Assembly: GCA_963728915.1 (NCBI GenBank)
Contig: CAVSLV010000001.1
Coordinates: forward strand, 256,001-320,000
From: an uncultured Gemmatimonadales bacterium
GTDB lineage: Bacteria > Gemmatimonadota > Gemmatimonadetes > Gemmatimonadales > GWC2-71-9
Direction: 5' to 3'
DNA: 64,000 bases
This document shows positions 9,601-18,056 of this stretch, one piece after another. Each line of letters begins with the position of its first letter. Position 1 is the stretch's first letter. Below the pieces are notes generated by a model. It ran no database searches and was not told the DNA's origin. It saw only the letters and a list, made by a program, of their open reading frames with translations. The position numbers and the translations under genes were made by a program.

Positions 9601-10798
9601 CGTGCCTTCCCCGGAGCTCTGCGTCGTTCCTGCCGGCCGGACCGAGCCCGATGTCCGCCCGACCCTTGAGGGCCGCAATCCGGTTCATGCCCGAAGCCAG
9701 ATTCGCGGCTGCCAGGCGGGTCTGGACCAGCGCGTTGCTCATCGGGCCGGTCACGCTGCCCTGGAGGTGCAGGCTGCCGCTCGCGGTGCGGGTCACTGTT
9801 CGCAGGTTGCCGATCAGCAGGTCATAGCCCAGCGCGATCGTGTCGTCCACCACCCCGCTCGCCGTGAGACTGGACGAGCCCCAGTGAACATCCAGGTTCT
9901 CGAGACCAAGATGATGCGTGGCGAACTCGACGCCGCTCCGGCCCGACAACGGCTGTCCGCGCAGGGTGCCGCGTACCGAGTCGATCCGCGCTCCGCCCCG
10001 AAGCCCCGTCGAGTCCATGATGCCGGTGGTGACTCCCGTGAAGCCCACTCGGCCGGGCCAGGTCCGCAAGGCCGGGTGCATCACCTCGGTCTGCAGACTC
10101 TCGGCCCGGACGGCGAGGTCCCACGCCATGGTGGGCCACCAGATCACCTGTCCCGCTGCGGTCAACCCGCCATTGAAGAGGCCCGCCCACGCCCGATCGA
10201 GATTCAGGTGCTGCAAATCCCCGGTTCCGGTGAGGGACATCGGGACCGACCCGGTTGGCACCGTGCGGAGCGCCCCTGAGAGCGAAAAGCCATACGCCTG
10301 GGCTCGACCGCTGAGCCGCATCGAATCGGCGTGGAGCTCGACGTCGCCGGGCGCGCGAATCTGGATCTCCCGCACCGACACGTCGCCCAGCAACACCGGA
10401 AAGGGAAGGGAAGGCCGCCGTCGCGGCGCGCTCGCCATGGTATCCGCCGGGGTCGAATCCGGGAGGACCACCCGCACCCCGGACGCGGCGAGGCGGGTCA
10501 GCTCGATCCTCCCGAGCAGCAGCTTGATTGGCTTCCAGCGAATGATGGCGGTGTCGATGACGGCGTGAATGCCCCCGGCGTCATAGGTGATGCCTCGGAG
10601 CAATAGCGGCCCCCGGATCGAGCCCTGGATCTCCGCAATCTTGACGGCCTTGGCGCTGGGCATCGCGAGCGCGAACCGGATAACTCTTCGCGCGGCGGCG
10701 TGGCTATTGAGCAGCACCACCACGCTCAGCACCAGCAGCAGCAGGACCGCGCCGAGCCCGATGGCGACCCGCATCAGGATGCGGCTGACCCGGGTCAC
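6671..10798 (-). CDS. tamB: Translocation and assembly module TamB
   Basis: GTG start overlapping tamA stop; N-terminal TM anchor; long beta-rich body; C-terminal DUF490-type segment (GRYQAYGQDL, GPIDNPGL, IGRYLAPNLYVSY). Confidence 0.9.
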   Translation of the reverse strand: MTRVSRILMRVAIGLGAVLLLLVLSVVVLLNSHAAARRVIRFALAMPSAKAVKIAEIQGSIRGPLLLRGITYDAGGIHAVIDTAIIRWKPIKLLLGRIELTRLAASGVRVVLPDSTPADTMASAPRRRPSLPFPVLLGDVSVREIQIRAPGDVELHADSMRLSGRAQAYGFSLSGALRTVPTGSVPMSLTGTGDLQHLNLDRAWAGLFNGGLTAAGQVIWWPTMAWDLAVRAESLQTEVMHPALRTWPGRVGFTGVTTGIMDSTGLRGGARIDSVRGTLRGQPLSGRSGVEFATHHLGLENLDVHWGSSSLTASGVVDDTIALGYDLLIGNLRTVTRTASGSLHLQGSVTGPMSNALVQTRLAAANLASGMNRIAALKGRADIGLGPAGRNDAELRGRHAVLAGTHFDSLTVNLRGTRLAHRFSALLRGQADTVRLAMNGGLRTRTWRGTLDSLVVRTTTVGGWRLEQRTTLTVSRSAGRVDQLCLAGDTVGERLCAQADWRGRRTWNALALVQGFPASRFGPGHSRYLQRGNRLAGTLGANLEAHAVNGLVSGNLRVGADTVLLVYEGEDQQEHRVALDSAVVNLTSDQSATQATLGIRVRDQRGKDLLTLTGRATLPPYRIGSGLRRQTIDLAIDGLVPDVGFVQPLLFGIDSLAGRVVVNATVKGTIGAPNLEATLALQQFGVGLPGRRALGGSADLVVHSVVATDGAVQGEARLTTQGLGYDYWYYEGTRRLNVDSASVVVQVSDQGLRSDLGVGMSDKQGTGIGTVSGTLSLPEYRRLGTRLAAQPLTGNLDAHIPDLRMLQPFVLRVDSMLGKLDLALTARGRTSAPSLEGTLGLEGFGGRFPSGTLVHGNLNGDLRFAVLADNRMDGALRLVPGDATLTIPTGEVPRTIRLDGTLVDLTAGASGVRGTSELALHDSTGMELATLKADLALPGLTRVGERLAPQPIQGRLESRAKDLAFLAALTRQIDSAAGSARAGAALSGTLSDSRVTGTFSLTDAALRLPWLGILLEDIQFNGSGERNGEIAVRASLRSGGGDLTITGTTPMLPTAAKPGHLEVRGNRFEAANTPLFHAILTPRLDVRLAMDSIDVRGEVQIPLARLEIAEAPPTAIKPSDDVIVVDSTLPPPHSRPFLGQVRVILGDSVSFSAFNFDAELAGNVLLRQAANRPPTAAGTLRIEDGRYQAYGQDLNIRNGEVRYTGGPIDNPGLSITATRSARQGSDTIIAGLRITGTAKSPKVNLFSVPTMSETQTLSYLLTGGPVTGGGVGGNTIDKALTSLGLRGGNLLAAAVGHQIGFQEMTISTQNDIKGTALQIGRYLAPNLYVSYAIGVFDPINTLRLRYVLSNHLTLLAETGRVSGADVLVRTQPEKP

Positions 10799-12570
10799 AG
10801 GTCGGGCCCCATGGTAATGTGAAACCGGATCCGGCCCATGCCGGGGATATTGCTCAGGGCGTAGGCGAGGTCCAGTCGAACCATCCCGAGCGGCGAAACA
10901 AACCGGATCCCCGCGCCAACGCTTTGGCGGAGCTGGGCCAGGGTGAATCCGGTCATCGCATTGCCCGCGTCGGTGAACGCCGCCACCAGCCAACGGGGCA
11001 TCACCTGGTAGTCAACCTCGGCACTCCCCACCAGCAGGGCCTGACCGCCCACCACGTTTCCCAGGGAATCGAACGGCGCGAGCGAGAGATACCGATACCC
11101 GCGAACGCTCTCATCTCCGCCCGTGAAGAATCGGATCAGGGGAGGTAAGGCATGGAAGGAGCTGGTGAAGGTGTAGCCCGCTTCCGCGCGCGACAGGAGC
11201 CGGAAGCCCGGCGCGAAGCCGTAGACGGCCTTGGCGCTTCCGCGGAGCTGGAGGAAGGAAGCGGTGGAGAGAAGTCCTGCCTGGCTCCCCTGCACCTCGA
11301 TGCGGGTCCGGAGTCCGTTGCGCGGCAGGATCTTGCTGTCGGAACGGGTCCGTTCCCAGCTCGCTCCCGGGATCAGCAAGCTGGTGCGCGCGCTGTCTAC
11401 TCCGATCTCGAACCCCGCCCGCTGGTAGGACAGCGAGAGGGTTTCCTGCCAGCCGATGCGCCTTCGGGAATAGCGAACTCCAGCGGTCCAGGTGCGTCCC
11501 CTGATGTTGTATGGGGTGAGGATGCCCTGCGGATCCACGCTGGTTCGCACGTATCCCGCGGTAAACGTCAAGAGACCGGTGCGATGAAGAACCGCCGGAA
11601 TGTTGTAGCGGCCGATCAGGCGCTGTTCGGTGAACGAGGCCAGGAGCTCTGCATCCGCGTAATGACCCCGCCGGTTGATCCAGCGCCACATGCCGTTGGC
11701 CCGGCCCCGGGGGCCGGTGTCGGTTCCGTAACCACCTCCGAACTCGTAGGTCCACCGGGGTCGCGGCTCCAGGAGGACCCGGATGGGGACTTCCCGGCCT
11801 TCGGCTTCCTCCCGCTGGGGCAGCACCTCCACCCGGGAGAAATAGGGATCTTCCGCGAGCGCATTCTGCAGTTCCAGGAGTTTGTCCTGGCGATAGTTCT
11901 GTCCTCGCCGAAACGTCATTCGACTCCGGAGCACTCGGTCGTTCAGAATGGACTGCTCGAATCGCACCGGCCCGAACTGGAACCGCTGGCCGGTGAGGAA
12001 GCGCAGGTGGATGTCGGCCGCGCCTTGCCGCTCGTCCACGACCACCAGGGAGGTGTCGAAGTTCGCGTCGAGGTAGCCGCTGTCGGAGGCCACCGCGAGC
12101 TGGGAGAGCTTGCCGGCTTCGTAGAGCTGGTCCCGCATGGTATCCCGGGCATGGAGCGGGAACTGGGAGACCCGCTGGCGGAACTCGGCTCGCCCGGCGC
12201 CTTCTCCGGCGAGATCGAGGTTCACGCTGCGTACGATCACCGGGGGACCGGGATCCACCACGTAATGCGCGGTCCAGTGATCCTTGCCCGGCTCGAGTGC
12301 CTTGGCCACCCGTGGCTCGTAGTAGCCGAAGGGCCGGAGTGCGGTGGCGATGTCCGATTCGCCCCGGTGATATAGGTGCGGAATCGACTGGGACGGAAGC
12401 TTGCCTTCCTGGGCCTCGCGCTCCAGCAACATGATTGCCCGGACGTTGCGCTCGAGCGGAGGGGTAAGGCCCTGAATCAGCACGATGACCCGCACCGAGT
12501 CCGTTTGCGCGTCCAATCGGGGGACCGACAGGAGGGCGATCAGCGGGAGGGGGAGAAGGAATCGCGTCAT
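10795..12570 (-). CDS. tamA: Omp85-family autotransporter assembly protein TamA
   Basis: Signal peptide MTRFLLPLPLIALL, POTRA-like region, RFFTGGDESVRGY motif, SPLGMVRLDLA, adjacent to tamB. Confidence 0.92.
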   Translation of the reverse strand: MTRFLLPLPLIALLSVPRLDAQTDSVRVIVLIQGLTPPLERNVRAIMLLEREAQEGKLPSQSIPHLYHRGESDIATALRPFGYYEPRVAKALEPGKDHWTAHYVVDPGPPVIVRSVNLDLAGEGAGRAEFRQRVSQFPLHARDTMRDQLYEAGKLSQLAVASDSGYLDANFDTSLVVVDERQGAADIHLRFLTGQRFQFGPVRFEQSILNDRVLRSRMTFRRGQNYRQDKLLELQNALAEDPYFSRVEVLPQREEAEGREVPIRVLLEPRPRWTYEFGGGYGTDTGPRGRANGMWRWINRRGHYADAELLASFTEQRLIGRYNIPAVLHRTGLLTFTAGYVRTSVDPQGILTPYNIRGRTWTAGVRYSRRRIGWQETLSLSYQRAGFEIGVDSARTSLLIPGASWERTRSDSKILPRNGLRTRIEVQGSQAGLLSTASFLQLRGSAKAVYGFAPGFRLLSRAEAGYTFTSSFHALPPLIRFFTGGDESVRGYRYLSLAPFDSLGNVVGGQALLVGSAEVDYQVMPRWLVAAFTDAGNAMTGFTLAQLRQSVGAGIRFVSPLGMVRLDLAYALSNIPGMGRIRFHITMGPDL

Positions 12571-12690
12571 CCTGATGGGGACGACGGGCCAAGTTCTGAT
12601 TACACCGGCAGTTGACGGGGCTGGGTGGGTTGCGTTGCCGGGGGCGTTCGCCCGCAAATCGCCTCGGGTGGGGTGGGCGTGGGAGTGCCA

Positions 12691-12840
12691 GTGGCAACCC
12701 CGCTGGAGTCTGGGTCGGACATCCGGAGGATCCAGGAACTTCTCGGGCATTCGGATCTGGCAACGACGATGATCTGCACCCACGCGCTGCAGCGAGGGGC
12801 TGAGGCGGTCCGGAGTCCGCTGGACCCGCTGGGGTGCTGA
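12691..12840 (+). pseudogene. C-terminal remnant of an integron integrase (IntI-like tyrosine recombinase); catalytic Tyr replaced by Cys
   Basis: [44 protein letters not shown] matches the IntI C-terminal pattern ATHLLExGxDIRTIQELLGHxDVxTTMIYTHVLxRGxxGVRSPLD; no N-terminal part upstream. Confidence 0.8.
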
Positions 12841-12960
12841 GGCGCGAACCGGTTAGGCTGACCAGTCGCATGTCCATCTGGGGGATCAGGGTGCTGAGTT
12901 AGGGATGGGCGGGCGAGGTTCGCTTGCGGGGGTCGGGCCGAAGAGCGAAATTGAGAGCCG

Positions 12961-12977
12961 TCTACGTTGCGTTAGGT
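12961..12977 (+). mobile_element. Putative attI/cassette boundary core site GTTAGGT (GTTRRRY)
   Basis: GTTAGGT at 12971-12977 lies between the intI remnant and the kinase gene; a second GTTAGGC is at 12852-12858. Confidence 0.45.
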
Positions 12978-13055
12978 GGCGAGTGACGTCAGAACCTCGC
13001 CTCCCGCTGGCCGCACTCCACCAATGGAGTATCCTACCTCCTCCCGACCACCAGG

Positions 13056-15425
13056 ATGAGCGTGCCCGAGCTCCCGACCCGCCTCGAACGGCTGATGGCT
13101 GCACTTGCAGGCCGCTACAGCCTCGAGCGAAAGCTCGGCGAGGGCGGCATGGCGACGGTGTACCTCGCTCATGACCTGAAGCACAAGCGACGAGTCGCGC
13201 TCAAGGTGCTCAAGCCGGAGCTCGCGGCGGTGCTCGGCACCCAACGCTTCCTCCAGGAAATCCAGCTCACCGCCAACCTGCAGCACCCCCACATCCTGCC
13301 GCTGTACGACTCGGGAAGCGCGGATGACGCGCTGTTCTACGTCATGCCGCTCGTGCAGGGCGAGTCGCTGCGGGACCGGCTCGACCGTGAGAAGGTGCTG
13401 GCGGTCGACGAGACAATCAGGATCACGCGACAAGTCGCCGGCGCACTCGATTTCGCACACCGGCAGGGCATCATCCATCGTGACATCAAGCCCGGGAACA
13501 TCCTCCTGCACGATGGGGAGGTCCTCCTCGCCGACTTCGGTGTCGCCCTGGCCCTGACCGAGGCGGGTGGTGGGCGCCTCACCGGAACGGGACTCTCGAT
13601 CGGCACCGTGCAGTACATGAGCCCGGAGCAGGCGGGTGGTGAGCGCGATCTCGACGCGCGCAGCGATGTCTATTCCCTCGCTGCGGTAGCGTATGAGATG
13701 CTCGCGGGCGAGCCGCCCGTGACCGGTCCCACGGTCCAGGCGATGATCGCGAAGCTGATGACCGAACGCCCGACGTCATTGCGGGTGGTACGCGACGTCG
13801 TGCCGCGGTCACTCGACGCCGCCGTGCTGCGGGCGCTGGCGAAGGAGCGGACTGACCGGTTCTCGAGCGCGCGAGAGTTCGCCGATGCGCTCACGGCTCC
13901 GGAGGTGATGGCGAGGCGCCCCCGCACGATCGTCCTTGTCATGCTCGGGGTGCTCGCCGTCGTTGGAACGTACGCGGTCGCGCGAAACGCGGTCCCCAGG
14001 GCGTCCACCGCTGCTCCCGATGGCGCGGCCGCGCCCGCCGTCATCCGGTCGATTGCCGTGCTTCCGCTCGACAACTACTCGGCGGACTCCACGCAGGAGT
14101 ACTTCGCCGAAGGGATGACCGATGAGCTGACGGCCGCTCTCGCGACCATCTCCCAGCTCCGCGTCACATCGCGCGGCTCGGCAACGCAGTTCCAGGGCAA
14201 GAGCCGCCCACCGACGCCCCAGATCGCGAAGACCCTCAATGTGGATGCGGTCGTGGAGGGCTCGGTGTCCCGATCCGGCAACCGAGTGCGGATCACGGCC
14301 CAGTTGATCGATGCACGCGCGGACAAGCACTTGTGGGCCAAGAGCTTCGAGCGCAACTCGAGCGACGTGTTGGCGCTCCAGGCCGAGCTCGCGTCAGCCA
14401 TCGCGGCCGAGATCAACGTGCGCCTGACGGAGGGCGAGCAGGCCCGGCTTGCCACCGCGCCCAGTGTAAGCGCTGCCGGTCACGACGCCTACCTCCGGGG
14501 CCGCTATTTCTTCAATCGCCCGAGCGACGAAAATCTGGAGAAGGCGATTGCTCAGTTCGAAGAGGCCGTGAAGCTGAGCCCGGCCTTCGCCCCAGCCTAC
14601 TCGGGGTTGTCGGACGCGTACCTCTGGGCCGGCTACAACGAGGGGTTCCTGACCGCCTCCGAGGCGAGGCCCAAGGCCCGGGCAGCCGCCGAGCAGGCGG
14701 TGCAGCTGGACAGCACCTCGGCCGAAGCGCACGCGTCCCTCGCCACCTTCAAACTGTTCTACGAGTTCGACTGGGCAGGATGCGAGCGCGAATTCCGGCG
14801 TGCCATCCAGCTCAACCCGAACTACGCCTTCGCGCACGATCAGTTCGCCATGGCGCTGGCGTTCACCGGACGGTTCGACGAATCCATCGCAGAGAGCCGG
14901 CGCGCGGCCGAATTGGATCCCCTGAACCCGCAGGTGCTGATCGACGCCACGATGGCTCCAATGTTCCAGAAGAACTTCCCGGCGGCCAAGGAGCTGGCGA
15001 GGAAATCGGGGGAACTTGACCCCACCTATTTCTTTCCCGTCATGGTGGAAGGCTGGACCGACCTGGAGGCTGGCAAGTTCCGCGAGGCCGCCCCATTCCT
15101 CAAGAAGGCCACGACGATGGGCGCGCCGCCCTTCGTCACCGCGTATCTCGGGTACGCCTTCGCTGCCGGTGGCGACCGGGCCAGTGCGATGGCGACGCTC
15201 GAAGCGCTCAAGAAACTCTCGAAGGGTGGTCAGGTCCTGCCCTTCAACCTGACGCTCGTGTACCTGGGCCTCGGCGACCACGGGCGTGCGCTCGACAACC
15301 TGGAGCGGGCGCTCGCCGCCGATTCCCAGATGATGGCGTGGCTCGGGCGAGACGCCATCTTTGATCCGCTCCGCGCAGAACCGCGCTTCATGGCGCTGCT
15401 GAAGAAGTTGAACTTCGTCGACTGA
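13056..15425 (+). CDS. Hanks-type Ser/Thr protein kinase with hydrophobic segment, TolB-N-like domain and TPR repeats
   Basis: GEGGMATVY, VALKVL, HRDIKPGN, DFG, GTVQYMSPEQ; then SIAVLPLDN...EYFAEGMTDEL and multiple TPRs. Confidence 0.93.
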   Translation: MSVPELPTRLERLMAALAGRYSLERKLGEGGMATVYLAHDLKHKRRVALKVLKPELAAVLGTQRFLQEIQLTANLQHPHILPLYDSGSADDALFYVMPLVQGESLRDRLDREKVLAVDETIRITRQVAGALDFAHRQGIIHRDIKPGNILLHDGEVLLADFGVALALTEAGGGRLTGTGLSIGTVQYMSPEQAGGERDLDARSDVYSLAAVAYEMLAGEPPVTGPTVQAMIAKLMTERPTSLRVVRDVVPRSLDAAVLRALAKERTDRFSSAREFADALTAPEVMARRPRTIVLVMLGVLAVVGTYAVARNAVPRASTAAPDGAAAPAVIRSIAVLPLDNYSADSTQEYFAEGMTDELTAALATISQLRVTSRGSATQFQGKSRPPTPQIAKTLNVDAVVEGSVSRSGNRVRITAQLIDARADKHLWAKSFERNSSDVLALQAELASAIAAEINVRLTEGEQARLATAPSVSAAGHDAYLRGRYFFNRPSDENLEKAIAQFEEAVKLSPAFAPAYSGLSDAYLWAGYNEGFLTASEARPKARAAAEQAVQLDSTSAEAHASLATFKLFYEFDWAGCEREFRRAIQLNPNYAFAHDQFAMALAFTGRFDESIAESRRAAELDPLNPQVLIDATMAPMFQKNFPAAKELARKSGELDPTYFFPVMVEGWTDLEAGKFREAAPFLKKATTMGAPPFVTAYLGYAFAAGGDRASAMATLEALKKLSKGGQVLPFNLTLVYLGLGDHGRALDNLERALAADSQMMAWLGRDAIFDPLRAEPRFMALLKKLNFVD

Positions 15426-15468
15426 CTTGCGCTGGGGATTACCGAAGTCAGGTAGTCGTCGCCACCCA

Positions 15469-15625
15469 CGCAGCAGAAGCGCATCGCGTTATGCCGACAA
15501 TAATTTGAAGCAATTGACCAGCCGCTAGCCAGAACAACGGATACCGCTCTGGCCCTCGTCGGAGCGCTGACAAAATGAGCTTCCTCCACTCCGCCCGACG
15601 GGCCTGGCTCGGAGCTGTTACCGGC
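15469..15625 (+). mobile_element. Degenerate attC-like sites
   Basis: CGCAGCAGAAGCGCATCGC-GTTATGC (ends 15494) looks like an attC right half. A second imperfect inverted repeat spans 15528-15625 (GCCAGAAC...GGCCCTCGTCGG / CCGACGGGCC...GTTACCGGC). Confidence 0.4.
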
Positions 15626-15659
15626 AGTAGGAGGGGCCAGGACGAACCGCGCGCCACCT

Positions 15660-17978
15660 CTAGGGAGCGCTGATCGCTCTGGGCGGATGTAGCTGGTAGT
15701 TCGATGGCGGCTCCGCCCCCATCAGGTACCGCACGAAGTAGTCCCAGCGGCGCCGGATCATGTACGGCTCGCTCCCGAACCCGTGGCTCCGGTTGGGAAG
15801 CAGGAGGAGATCGAAATCCTTGTTGGCCCGGATCAGGGCATTGACGACCAGCAGGGTATTGTAGGGCGGAACGTTGGTGTCCATCGTGCCGTGAACCAGC
15901 AGCAGCTTGCCCTTCAGGTTCCGGGCCATGTTCTGATTGGCCTGGCGGTCGTAGTTGTCGGTCCCGTCCGGGCCACGCACCAGGAGCCCCTGCCACTTTT
16001 CTCCCCAGTCGTCCTCGTATTGCCGGTTGTCGTGGTTGCCCGCTTCCGAGACGCCGACCTTGTAGAAATCGGGATAACGGAACATCGCGTCCGCGGCGGC
16101 ATATCCGCCCCCCGAGTGGCCCCACACCCCGACCCGGTCGAGGTCGATCCAGGAATACCGCTCGGCGAGCTGCCGGATCCCGCCAACCTGGTCGGGCAGG
16201 GTATTGTCGCCCATGTCGCCGTAATAGGCCGCATGGAAGGACTTGGAACGAAGCGGAGTGCCCATGCCGTCCAGCGCGATAACCACGAAGCCAAGCTCAG
16301 CCAGGGCGCGGTGGTCGCTCCGGGCCGCGACGAAGCTCCGGCTCCCCACACTCCCGGTCTGGGGACCGGGGTAGATGTAGTTCACCACCGGGTATTTGCG
16401 GGTAGAATCGAAGTCGGTCGGGCGGAACAGGAGACCGTAGAGATCGGTCTTGCCGTCCCGCGCTTTGACCGTGAACGGAATTGGCGGGGTCCATCCGGTC
16501 GCGGTCAGGCGGGAAAGATCCGCCTTCTCGACCTCGAGGAGCAGCCTGCCGTCGCCGTTCCGCAGGACCACGGTTGGTGGCACGTCCGGACGTGAGTAGC
16601 TGTCGGTGAACCAGGGTTTGTCGACCGCGAGGGAAACATCATGGTCGGCGTTCTCCGGCGTCAGCAGCTCGAGCCGCTTCCCGTCGAGGCTGACCCGGTA
16701 GAAGTGCCGGAAGTAGGGGTCCCGCCCGGGCTCGCGTCCCACCCCGGTGAAGTAGATGGTGCGGGAGTGCTCATCAACGCGCATCACGGTGAGGACGTTC
16801 CACGGTCCGCTGGTCACCCGACCCTTGAGGTCGCCGGTCTCGAGATCATAGCGATACAGGTGGCCCCAGTCGTCCCGCTGGGAGTACCAGAGGATCTCCT
16901 TGAGATCCCAGAGCACCCGCCAGTTCCGGGTATCGAATCCGGACTCGAAAAAGCTGGGCGCCCGCTCGGAGAACAGGTCCCGCACCACGCCGGTCGTGGC
17001 GTCCGCGATCCGCACCTGTTCCTCCTTGTGGTCCCGCGAGGTCGACACGAACACCAGCCGCGACGCCTCCGGGCTCCATTCGACATCGGCGAACTGGCCG
17101 TCGCACAGGATGTGATCGCAGGTCGTGGATCGGTGCGGGTCGGGCGGGAGCTGGAGCCGGATGACTCGGGGCGCGGCGCCGCTCAGGTCGATCACGACCC
17201 GGTGAATCATCTGGATCACGCTGTCGCCGGGCAGAGGATACTTCCAGGCCTGCAGCACCGGATGATGAACCTGAGTTTCCACCAGGTACATCTCCCCGAC
17301 CGCGCGCTCGTCCTGCTGAAAGGTCGCGATCTTCCGCGAGTCGGGTGACCAGAGCAGCACCGGACGGTTGCTTCGGGTCCACCCCGCGTTGTCGGTGGCG
17401 TAGCCGAAGTCCTTGATCCCGTCGCTGGTGAGCTGGGTCTCCCTCCTGGTCGCGACGTCGCGCACCCAGAGATTGAACTCGCGGATGAACGCCACCCGCT
17501 TCCCATCGGGCGAAACCACTCCGTCCCTTCCCCCGTCCGGCGCGATGGTCACCCCGGTGCAGGCATTCTTCACCACGTCGCAGGTCCACCGCTTGCCCCC
17601 GGCATCGAAAGTGATGCTCCGCTTGTCGGTGGAAAACTGGAGCTGGGACAGGGCAAGCCGGAGCGAATCGAAGGCGGTGCCCGCCGCCTCGCTGAGGGCG
17701 CGGGCCAGCCCGGCCTGATCGAAGGCTCGAACCCTGGTGCGCCGGGAGGGATCCACCAGCAGGTACTCGATCCCGCGCGCCGTCACCACCCGGTACCAGA
17801 ATTCCCCCGAGGAAAGCCAGGTCGGGTGGACCCCGGCGTTCAGGACCAGCGGGTTAGCGTTGTATCCCAGGAATTGCTCGGCCCGGGCATAATCCTCCGC
17901 GGTGAGCTGGGGGCGGGCCTGGGCGCCGGCCGTGGCCGGAAGGGCGACGATCAGGGCAAGCAGACGGAGCGAGCGCAT
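15660..17978 (-). CDS. Dipeptidyl-peptidase IV family (S9B) secreted peptidase
   Basis: Start after GGAGG RBS, signal peptide, DPPIV-N propeller motifs (SPDGKRVAFIR, WSPDSRKIA), GHSGGG, DTNV, SHGF. Confidence 0.92.
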   Translation of the reverse strand: MRSLRLLALIVALPATAGAQARPQLTAEDYARAEQFLGYNANPLVLNAGVHPTWLSSGEFWYRVVTARGIEYLLVDPSRRTRVRAFDQAGLARALSEAAGTAFDSLRLALSQLQFSTDKRSITFDAGGKRWTCDVVKNACTGVTIAPDGGRDGVVSPDGKRVAFIREFNLWVRDVATRRETQLTSDGIKDFGYATDNAGWTRSNRPVLLWSPDSRKIATFQQDERAVGEMYLVETQVHHPVLQAWKYPLPGDSVIQMIHRVVIDLSGAAPRVIRLQLPPDPHRSTTCDHILCDGQFADVEWSPEASRLVFVSTSRDHKEEQVRIADATTGVVRDLFSERAPSFFESGFDTRNWRVLWDLKEILWYSQRDDWGHLYRYDLETGDLKGRVTSGPWNVLTVMRVDEHSRTIYFTGVGREPGRDPYFRHFYRVSLDGKRLELLTPENADHDVSLAVDKPWFTDSYSRPDVPPTVVLRNGDGRLLLEVEKADLSRLTATGWTPPIPFTVKARDGKTDLYGLLFRPTDFDSTRKYPVVNYIYPGPQTGSVGSRSFVAARSDHRALAELGFVVIALDGMGTPLRSKSFHAAYYGDMGDNTLPDQVGGIRQLAERYSWIDLDRVGVWGHSGGGYAAADAMFRYPDFYKVGVSEAGNHDNRQYEDDWGEKWQGLLVRGPDGTDNYDRQANQNMARNLKGKLLLVHGTMDTNVPPYNTLLVVNALIRANKDFDLLLLPNRSHGFGSEPYMIRRRWDYFVRYLMGAEPPSNYQLHPPRAISAP

Positions 17979-18056
17979 GAACCGACCTCCTTCGAATTTG
18001 AAGGAACGAACAGTAAACCGTGAGCCAACCACAGTGAATGCCGCGGGCGGCGGGGG

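Noticed and set aside
10799..10993. Extended N-termini from the ORF track (tamB, tamA, solA, fahA, pdxH, hpt, murD, ftsW and others)
   Set aside because: Extensions overlap neighbouring genes; starts were trimmed to signal peptides, RBS or stop/start overlaps.
12625..12690. Upstream part of the 71-aa ORF as integrase sequence
   Set aside because: No similarity to recombinase box II (HxLRH) in this stretch; only 12691-12840 is homologous.
18006..18040. Faint 7-bp periodicity (ACGAACA GTAAACC GTGAGCC AACCACA GTGAATG) upstream of the DPP-IV gene
   Set aside because: Too degenerate and short to distinguish from chance.
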